NCBI GenBank assembly: GCA_023334545.1
Contig: JAADVB010000066.1
Location: 14,299 to 78,298, forward strand
Origin: Salisapilia sapeloensis CBS 127946
Lineage: Eukaryota; Protista; Oomycota
Length of the DNA: 64,000 nt
Direction of reading: 5' to 3'
The position numbers and the translations under genes were made by a program. The notes beneath the pieces were generated by a model that saw only the letters and a list, made by a program, of their open reading frames with translations, ran no database searches and was not told the DNA's origin. How positions within the stretch are numbered: position 1 is the stretch's first letter; the number at the start of each line of letters is the position of its first letter. Shown here piece by piece: positions 56,853 through 64,000 of the stretch.

Positions 56853-59066
56853 TTACTCGGTCATCCAAGGCGACTTGCACGCATCTTCACAGGAAGATCG
56901 TTTCGCCGGATCTGGATGCAGGAGTGACGACAGGAGGAAGATTGCATGTGGCGATAGCTTCGATGGGAAGAACCAGCCTGGGAAACTCACACTCCGGGTC
57001 GATCGCGCACGACCTTTGCCATTCGATGCGTCCCCATCACTGCTCAAACCCAACCCAGCATGCAGCTGCTGTCGATCCGACGTACGTGATGACGAGTATC
57101 CATTCAAGGGACTCAGTGGTTTGGGCGTCACGACCGTGCCTTTAGCACTACCTCGTGACGGTGCATGCCTACCCGATGAAGACGCGTTGGACGAGTTGCC
57201 GACACGAATAGCTCCGAGCACACCAGAGGAACCTGGAGATGGATAGTAGCCAGAGAGTGCAGACGGCTGGAAAGGTCGATCGGATGTCGGCTCTTCATCC
57301 TCGCTTCCAGCATCTTCATCTCGCATCGAGTGACTACCAGGCTTATCCAACTCTTTCACCGTCGACACCGACGTTGTGGTAGTCGCCAATGAACTGGAAG
57401 ATACCGAAGTAGAAGGTGAAAGCACTCGGAAAGGACCTGGCTCGTACAATTCCTTCACGTACACTAGCTTCCCAGAGTACGCATCCGTCGGAAGCGATCG
57501 GATCCATTCGCAAAACTTAAGATACCGAGGACATGTCGTCAACTCTTTCCCGAACGGAAGCGATCCGACGAGTAGACCGTATAGAATAACTCCGATGGAC
57601 CACATGTCCGACTTGCGACCATCGTATCCGTATCGTGCGTTCTGAAGAACTTCCGGCGCGACGTAGTGCGGAGATCCGACGATCGAGTTCAGTCTACGGA
57701 ACTGCGCCGGCATCATCAACGACGTCATCTCCTGCGGACTACCACTTGGCGTCTGGTTATCATCTCCAGCATACAATCTCTGTCTGTTCTCGACCAACTC
57801 TTCCTGTGTGCTTCCTGTACTCACGGCCGCGATGAAGTGGGCTGAAAGTCCAAAGTCTGCAATCTTAAGCACGTCCAAGTCGCTTAAAAGTAGATTCTCA
57901 GGCTTTAGATCGCGATGGACGATGCCGAGGTGGTGGCAGTACAAGACGCCAGAGAGGAGTTGTCGAAAGTATCCACGTGCAACGTCTTCTTCGACTCCGG
58001 CATCACCTCGAATACGATCAAAGAGTTCCCCTCCACCAGCTAGTTCGAGGACGAGGAAAATGGTGCTCTTGGAGCCTTGGACGAGCTCCATGACGTCATA
58101 GAGCTTGAGTACATTTTCATGTCCGCCGCCTGCGAATTGACCAGACACAGAGTTGCCCGTGAGTTTGTGCATGTGTGCAATCTCGCGATAGATCGTACGT
58201 CGAGACTGGAGAAAAGAGAGGTATTTTGCTGGGAGCCGAGGGATCTTGTACAAGGTATCTCCCACGCGAATGTACTCTGCTTCGCCACGTCGTCGGCGTC
58301 GACGTCGACGACTCGTCCCGTCTCCAGCAGCATTCGAGGTATCTTGTGCATCATCATCTCGTTTCGTTTCTTCCCTCCCACCAGATATCAAAGGATCATC
58401 CCATCGTCGAGTATTAGGTATGGTGTTCGAACCGGACCTGCTTTCATGGCCTGAATGACTCTTCTCCATGTCATCTCCGTCGTCGGAATGGTCGTCGGAT
58501 ATATCTTCATCGCTATCTTCTTCCTCCAGATCTGAGTCTGGATTCTCCCCTTCCGACTGCTGTCGACCGGATAAAGAAGCGTCTGCCTCGGCAGATTCCA
58601 TCGGCCATAGCGCGACGCACATTTCAAGCGTCAATTCGCGCAACGCCGTCTTCTGCTGCGCGGTCTTTTGACCTCGACCGTCGACGTAGCAGGCTACGAG
58701 GTCCCGACGGTTGGGTAGACGCACCCAGTAGACGTTATCCAGCGTCAATGCTCGTAAGTTTGGGCCCATGATGGGAGAGCCGGATTTAATGATCTCGGCA
58801 CGACGTAAAGCCGCGACGGGGGTGAGCTTGTAGCCGACGGGATTCAGGATCTTGACCGCGACAGGCTGTCCGGATGCGTCTGCGGCCTCGTAGACGACGC
58901 CGGCGAGTCCGCCGCCGAGGTAATTGTCTAATGAATAGCGTACGGAGCGATGTGGACCGTCGCCGACGCAAAGGTTTTGGCCGTCAAAGGAAGAGAGCAT
59001 GACCGGACCGATGTTCGTCTCGCTCAGTGGCATGTACTTGCCTTTCATGAGCGCTAAATCGGCCAT
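56853..59066 (-). CDS. CAMK-group (SNF1/CIPK-like) Ser/Thr kinase with large insertions
   Basis: LGGGLAGVV, VAVK, REI, LVLELAGGGELFD, HRDLKPENLLL, DFG, GSPHYVAPE, YDGRKSDMWSIGVILY, LLHPDPAKR. Confidence 0.93.
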   Translation of the reverse strand: MADLALMKGKYMPLSETNIGPVMLSSFDGQNLCVGDGPHRSVRYSLDNYLGGGLAGVVYEAADASGQPVAVKILNPVGYKLTPVAALRRAEIIKSGSPIMGPNLRALTLDNVYWVRLPNRRDLVACYVDGRGQKTAQQKTALRELTLEMCVALWPMESAEADASLSGRQQSEGENPDSDLEEEDSDEDISDDHSDDGDDMEKSHSGHESRSGSNTIPNTRRWDDPLISGGREETKRDDDAQDTSNAAGDGTSRRRRRRRRGEAEYIRVGDTLYKIPRLPAKYLSFLQSRRTIYREIAHMHKLTGNSVSGQFAGGGHENVLKLYDVMELVQGSKSTIFLVLELAGGGELFDRIRGDAGVEEDVARGYFRQLLSGVLYCHHLGIVHRDLKPENLLLSDLDVLKIADFGLSAHFIAAVSTGSTQEELVENRQRLYAGDDNQTPSGSPQEMTSLMMPAQFRRLNSIVGSPHYVAPEVLQNARYGYDGRKSDMWSIGVILYGLLVGSLPFGKELTTCPRYLKFCEWIRSLPTDAYSGKLVYVKELYEPGPFRVLSPSTSVSSSSLATTTTSVSTVKELDKPGSHSMRDEDAGSEDEEPTSDRPFQPSALSGYYPSPGSSGVLGAIRVGNSSNASSSGRHAPSRGSAKGTVVTPKPLSPLNGYSSSRTSDRQQLHAGLGLSSDGDASNGKGRARSTRSVSFPGWFFPSKLSPHAIFLLSSLLHPDPAKRSSCEDACKSPWMTE

Positions 59067-59911
59067 GATGTGTTGACGAAGCGCAGAGCAAGTCGCTTAA
59101 GCAGAGCAGTTTCGAAAAATGTACGACAAGAAAAAAGCACGTCTGGTGCTTGTACGATGATAAGGATGACAACTTCCCCTTGACTGCGAAGATAAATTTG
59201 AGCGCAGGCGTGTATATCTTGCTACTCGCTGCCTTCGGTTCGATCGAGTCGAGTCCCTCTACCAGCTCCAGTACACGGCTTTTCGAGGAATAAGTTTATG
59301 GGTAATTGCAGCGAAAATTATCCAGTGCCCATATACTGAACACAAGTGAACAGTGCGTGAGCTATGAGGAGGCTGTGAGCTAATTTCGACCCAATTCCTT
59401 CCCAATTCGCCGGTAATAGTTCAAGGACCAATGCGGCTGATACGAAGGAAGAAGGACCACGAGCTCGACCAGAGGTGTCAACGTGGATCCCTCTGCCTTG
59501 GACTCAGATAGATGGTCGATTTTGATACATGTGCATAGTATCCTACGTACTTTCTACCTAGACGATGGGAATCCAGTCGATCCAACTTTCTGTGACACAT
59601 CCAATAGGAGTAGAGGAAGATAGAGTCTGCATACTAATCGTCGATGATGGCAGGACACCTCACGGATCAACATGTAATATTTCTACGAAAATCAGTTGAT
59701 AGGAAATGTGGGAGAAAGTATACTGATAGAATGCAAAGTACCTACTAGAATGGAACATGGAACGACATGAAAGACATCAAGTGAACGGTAAAAGGTGTAC
59801 AGTGTATTTGGTCAAAAGAGCTTTTCGTAAAATGGCAGTTAAGCACAAAACGATAGGAAATTGTCAATGCGAATCGACATGGTCTATGCTTGTCTAGCAG
59901 CTATCTGACGC

Positions 59912-60193
59912 TTATTCCTTGTTGAGACCCTTGGACTCGTTGATACGGTTCTTGGTCAACGTAGCGAATCCACGGCGGTGGGCTCTGTAGTCAGCTCCAA
60001 CCTCGTCTTGGTGGTGGAAAGCATTGTTGCGGTCCGCCTTGGAGATCGTAACTTCCGGGTGCGCAAGGAGCTGACGGCCGCACTGGAAAATGCAGAGACC
60101 AGAGGCAATAGCGCAAGTCACAATGACTGGGTAGGTACCAGCGTCACCCAACCAACGCTTGGCAGTGCTCTTCGCGGCGTGTGCGGCAACCAT
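59912..60193 (-). CDS. B12D/NDUFA4-like small mitochondrial membrane protein
   Basis: KRWL..AGTYPVIV + TM helix + RQLLAHPEVTISKADR is the pattern typical of the B12D/NDUFA4 family. Confidence 0.8.
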   Translation of the reverse strand: MVAAHAAKSTAKRWLGDAGTYPVIVTCAIASGLCIFQCGRQLLAHPEVTISKADRNNAFHHQDEVGADYRAHRRGFATLTKNRINESKGLNKE

Positions 60194-60227
60194 TGTAGAT
60201 GTGAGAGAGTGTGTTGGACGATCGAAG

Positions 60228-60245
60228 GGAGATTACGAAATGAGC
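60228..60245 (-). promoter_or_regulatory. Oomycete INR-type core promoter motif
   Basis: The minus strand reads GCTCATTTCGTAATCTCC ~35 nt upstream of the B12D ATG, resembling GCTCATTY-NNN-WTTY. Confidence 0.5.
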
Positions 60246-60718
60246 GGTGTGGAGGACGCTGGCTTCAGCCACTCAGAACCCGTTAATTGCGCACTTCAGG
60301 ACTACGACGACTTGTCGATCGATTTTCATTGGTGCACGTCGCTTCACAGACGAAAAGTTGTGACGGAATGAGGTGTCCGCGCAAACTAGAAAATCTGATG
60401 CGCTACGTCTTCAGGTCTTGTCAGACTTATTGAAGATAAAGTATAGCTGCAAAGAATCAGATTTCGTCGAGGTTGAGGACGCGAACGACGTAGCAAGCGT
60501 GACCAAGATTTCGACTTTCAAATTAGGTTGAGGATTTCATGGTGCATAATTGCATTGCCGCTAGACGCTTGCTGTCTCCAATACATCATGCTAATAAATA
60601 TTTGTACATGAGTTCAAGAAGTCATAGTCGAGTTACTTTTGAATGTACTTTGTATTGAGCTTATTCTACCAGAATTTCGAAATGTCAACGGTGTGCATCA
60701 TCGTCATGAGTAGCAAGC

Positions 60719-61183
60719 TTAGCAGAGGAGAGCAGCACCAAAGGCGAACAGGGCAGCGCCTGCTGCCAAAGAAGTCGTCACCCCAGAGTCCGAACCAGAA
60801 CCTGAGGTCGAGGTTGAGCCCGATGCCGAACTATCACTTCCACTTCCACTGCCCGCCCAGGTAGGGCAAACCTCCTCCATTGGCTCCAGTAAGTCGGTTT
60901 TCACGCTCATCATCGCACCTTCACCTGCATCAATAGTGCAGCTCTCGTCGGTGGACGTGTGTTCGGTCAAATTACCGTAAATGTACTGGCAGGCAGTTTT
61001 ATCACAAATCTCCGTCGGTAAACTCGTTACATCTAAGGCTTCCTCGCCAACAGCTTCAGCGCAGGCCGTAAAGTGCGTTTCATTACCAACATATTCGTTC
61101 ACTTTATCAGGACACTTGTCGGCATCGATCGATGTGGTCACGCAGGCGAGTCCAACGATGGAGAGGATGGCAACGGTCTTCAT
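60719..61183 (-). CDS. Elicitin-like (ELL) protein, probably GPI-anchored
   Basis: Signal peptide; six Cys including the C-x4-C core and a final C-x23-C; Ser/Gly spacer; hydrophobic C-terminus LAAGAALFAFGAALLC. Confidence 0.8.
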   Translation of the reverse strand: MKTVAILSIVGLACVTTSIDADKCPDKVNEYVGNETHFTACAEAVGEEALDVTSLPTEICDKTACQYIYGNLTEHTSTDESCTIDAGEGAMMSVKTDLLEPMEEVCPTWAGSGSGSDSSASGSTSTSGSGSDSGVTTSLAAGAALFAFGAALLC

Positions 61184-61230
61184 TATCTGTTGAGGGTTGA
61201 AAAGGTACTAGTTGCTTGGTGACTGTCGGT

Positions 61231-61246
61231 GCAGATTGGAAAATGA
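61231..61246 (-). promoter_or_regulatory. Oomycete INR+FPR-like motif
   Basis: The minus strand reads TCATTTTCCAATCTGC ~50 nt upstream of the ELL ATG. Confidence 0.45.
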
Positions 61247-61542
61247 TCCTATTTGAGTAGTTCCAAAAGCACTTGATATTCTTGTCTTGAAACTCTGCCA
61301 TAAGATGAAACTTCCCGTAGGCAATATTTCCATACTCTAGTATAAAATCGTCCGTTTCCATTCCAAACAAGCAGCATCCCAGACAAGAAATCATTTCTCA
61401 TGGAAAGCTAAAAATGCATGGCAATGATCGTTTCATGTCGCTAATCTACTTGAACGTATCGAGAGAACGAGAGACGTATACGCGCAAAAAGTATTAGTGA
61501 AAATGAAACGAATCTGATTCGTTTTGAAACTTGCTTACCGGA

Positions 61543-63399
61543 CTAGAACAAAGCACATGCAGCTACTAGAACCGCAGCGACATAGCAATTGAAAGCAATT
61601 GCGTTTGCACTTGATCCAGAGGTGCCAGACTCGTCATTAATCACGTGATGGACATTATTGGTATCGCCAGTGCTCGATTTGGATGGAGGGTCACTACTCG
61701 AGCCACTACCGTTCGAATCAGCACTCGGCTCGGATAGAGAGCCTATGCTCGGTTCACCACCGTCCGCATCGCTGTTAGAGGTCGATAGAGAGCCTCTCGC
61801 TGATATAATACCATCTGCGCCGGCACTTGAATCAGTCAGAAGGCCATTAGCCGGTCCACTGCCGTTCGCACTTGCAGACACCCAATCCCATGCTTTTGGT
61901 GATGCTTGGCTTGAAGTAGTGGATCCAACACCCATTTCCGCGTCAGCAGCTACGCTTTCATCATTAAATCCAAGCAGGTCATTAAAGTCGGCCACCACAT
62001 CGTCCAAGTTGGAATGTTTAGTTGGACCATTACCGTCAACTTTTGGTTGTGTCGTGTCCGTCGTGAACGGGCCAGCAGTGTGGTCTATGCCCCCAAAGTC
62101 TGAAGTCACGCTGTTCTTGCCGTCTCCACTACTGTCAGGTGCCTTTCGAGGAGACGGGGCAGGTGAAGGTGTTTCATCCTCATCGTCGTTGTCGTCGTCT
62201 TCTGATGGAGCACTCATAGAAGGTGTTGTACCATCGATATCATCTTTATCCTGCGCTTCACCAGCATCGTCGGTTTTACCGTTGTCTTGGTCATTGCCGT
62301 CGTTACTGGCAGGATCACCGTCGGATGGTGTAGCTTCATTTTTGTCATTTTTATTCTGCTCTTTAGTAGCAACGTCGGTATTGCCATCATCTTCGCCATT
62401 GCCGTTTCCATTGTCTTCATCATTCGCAGGAGTGTCGTCGGATGGTGTTGCATCATCAGTAGCAGCCTCATCCTGCGCTACAGTAGCATCATCGGTATTG
62501 CCATTACCTTTGCTACTGTTATTCCCATCGTCAGTGTCGCTGCCATTAACAGGGGCACCGTCAGATGGTGCTGCGCTATTCGTAGCATCTTCATCCTGCT
62601 CTTTAGTAGCTTCGATGGCATTTTTATCGTCCTGGTTGTTGGTATTTTCATGACCATTGTCGTCATCTTCAGCAGGAGCTCCAGCAGATGATGCTCCGCC
62701 ATCGACAGCATTTCCGTCATGCGTTTCCGTGTCTTTGTCGATATTTTCGTTGTATTGGTTACTGTCATTGTCTTGGTTGTCGCCATTGCCATTTCCTTGG
62801 CCATTGCCATGGTCATCAATAGGACCATTAGGCAGTGCTGCACCATTCGTACCATCTTCACCCTGAATTTCAGTAGCGTCGGATGGAGGCGCACCGTCGC
62901 TATCGTTAGTATTATTCGCATAATTATCCTTGGGTGTTGGCGAGCCATGGCTTTCGTCAGCGTTATCCGTGTTAGCGTTTTCACTATCTGCAGGAGTGTC
63001 GCCTTCTGTGGGGTTAACGTCGTCAGCCGGAGCCGGTGTTCCTTCTTGCGTAGCGGTGTCTTCGTTTGTAGGACTAACAGTGCCCGGTTCAAAGCATGCA
63101 TTGGAAATTTGGTCAATGATCTGTGTCTTGATGTCCACGCCAGCCTTGACACACTGCTTGATATTCATACCATTGGCTACATTGACCAGCGTCGTGCATG
63201 CAGGCGTCGCACATATTCTATCAAAATCGGTGGCAGGCGGAGGCAGCATCCTCCATAAATCATACCCAGTAGCGTCACGACACGCATTGATATCTGCGTC
63301 ATGAGATAGTAATTGGTCAAGCAAAGATTGATCTTCGCAGTGGTCATCAGCGTACACGCTATCAGTGATTAACGCCACAATTATAATCAAGACCTTCAT
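61543..63399 (-). CDS. Elicitin-like (ELL) protein with a long acidic repetitive stalk and a GPI-type C-terminus
   Basis: Signal peptide; six-Cys domain (NACRDATGYDL..., ICATPACTTLV, KQC, NAC); ~480 aa rich in D/N/G/T/S; C-terminal ANAIAFNCYVAAVLVAACALF. Confidence 0.85.
   Translation of the reverse strand: MKVLIIIVALITDSVYADDHCEDQSLLDQLLSHDADINACRDATGYDLWRMLPPPATDFDRICATPACTTLVNVANGMNIKQCVKAGVDIKTQIIDQISNACFEPGTVSPTNEDTATQEGTPAPADDVNPTEGDTPADSENANTDNADESHGSPTPKDNYANNTNDSDGAPPSDATEIQGEDGTNGAALPNGPIDDHGNGQGNGNGDNQDNDSNQYNENIDKDTETHDGNAVDGGASSAGAPAEDDDNGHENTNNQDDKNAIEATKEQDEDATNSAAPSDGAPVNGSDTDDGNNSSKGNGNTDDATVAQDEAATDDATPSDDTPANDEDNGNGNGEDDGNTDVATKEQNKNDKNEATPSDGDPASNDGNDQDNGKTDDAGEAQDKDDIDGTTPSMSAPSEDDDNDDEDETPSPAPSPRKAPDSSGDGKNSVTSDFGGIDHTAGPFTTDTTQPKVDGNGPTKHSNLDDVVADFNDLLGFNDESVAADAEMGVGSTTSSQASPKAWDWVSASANGSGPANGLLTDSSAGADGIISARGSLSTSNSDADGGEPSIGSLSEPSADSNGSGSSSDPPSKSSTGDTNNVHHVINDESGTSGSSANAIAFNCYVAAVLVAACALF
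62210..62880 (-). repeat. Degenerate coding tandem repeat, about 6 units of ~35-45 aa
   Basis: Recurring units such as ATKEQDEDATNSAAPSDGAP, VAQDEAATDDATPSDDTP, ATKEQNKNDKNEATPSDGDP and GEAQDKDDIDGTTPS, separated by NGNG/DD-rich linkers. Confidence 0.7.
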
Positions 63400-64000
63400 C
63401 TACAAGCTGTTGCAAGAGTAGTCGAAAAGGAATAATGAAGATATGAATCAAATAAAGGAGAAAAATTCCCGCTGCAAGTAAAGGTCTCGCTCATGGTCAT
63501 GTAAGGCTGATGAGCTGTATTTGGTCACATATGAGGTGGTTGTCGTCACTTTTGACATGGCATACGTTTGAGCCACGTATCTGGTAGTCATATGCCTGAG
63601 TAGAGACGAAGCACTTTAGTCTAGCAAGCTACATCACAAGATAATAGAAGCTTTTGATCCATTCCTTTCCTTGTTACCTCGAAGCATCTAAGGTAGTACA
63701 TGCACACCGTTTGACGATGTAACGGGACGACTTTGTTACAGCCGATAGTAGTGAATCCGTGCTTGAGCAGTGTCGTAGGCACATTTATTGCGCCGATTAA
63801 GGAATGTATCCTGCCCGGCTGGGCTGCAGCTATATTTATCCAATCGACTGTTGTCCATGGAGACTTCCGTACCATCGTTCAAGGCCTTCCAGTCTGACAT
63901 CTTTCAGTCTTCTGGACGAAGACAGGAATGCAGTATCGAATGGTGTGATCGAGAGTCGGCCGCTAGTAGTCACTAGCTCCTTTGAAAGGTCGCTCGACGC

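Noticed and set aside
27707-60193. Two complex-IV-associated hypoxia-type genes (HIG1/RCF2-like and B12D/NDUFA4-like) in one window
   Set aside because: They are ~31 kb apart with many unrelated genes between them, so there is no evidence of a cluster.
61658-62653. 331-aa plus-strand ORF
   Set aside because: Antisense shadow of the low-complexity elicitin-like stalk; its S/L/P-rich composition is what the reverse complement of a D/N/G-rich coding sequence gives.
63720-63890. Short minus-strand open frame MSDWKALND...YYRL (~54 aa)
   Set aside because: Too short, with no recognisable motif, and possibly part of a gene outside the window.
1-64000. CRISPR arrays, tRNA/rRNA genes, prokaryotic operons or defence systems
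   Set aside because: I saw no regularly spaced repeats, tRNA T-loop/cloverleaf signatures or rRNA motifs. The sequence is spliceosomal-intron-containing eukaryotic DNA.

Overview
Gene-dense eukaryotic nuclear DNA, almost certainly from an oomycete (stramenopile). Support: short (~50-60 nt) GT-AG introns, oomycete-type INR/FPR core-promoter motifs, two elicitin-like genes and small secreted thaumatin-like proteins. About 25 protein-coding genes can be supported. Housekeeping genes: IMP3, dyskerin/CBF5, mitochondrial S18, PP2A B56, CDC50, TM9SF, MoaC, PCF11, cystinosin, a 5'-nucleotidase, a HIG1/RCF2-like protein and a B12D/NDUFA4-like protein. There is also a small secretome set and several large EF-hand, IQ or ARM proteins. 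I found no tRNA, rRNA, CRISPR array or recognisable transposon. Many ORFs in the supplied track are antisense or alternative-frame shadows, or single exons of spliced genes. The gene at the left edge is missing from the track because its frame runs off the window. Top observation: the 7.4-10.2 kb gene aligns motif by motif (from memory) with the Pol II pausing factor NELF-B/COBRA1 but carries an intact bromodomain inserted inside it. Other notable items: a BPI/TULIP-like plus multi-PDZ protein, a secreted protein with a stand-alone bacterial-type PPC-like domain, a CAMK-group kinase with a ~200-aa insertion in the N-lobe, and an ALMT/FUSC-like transporter with built-in EF-hands. All family assignments come from motif recognition by eye; no database search was run.
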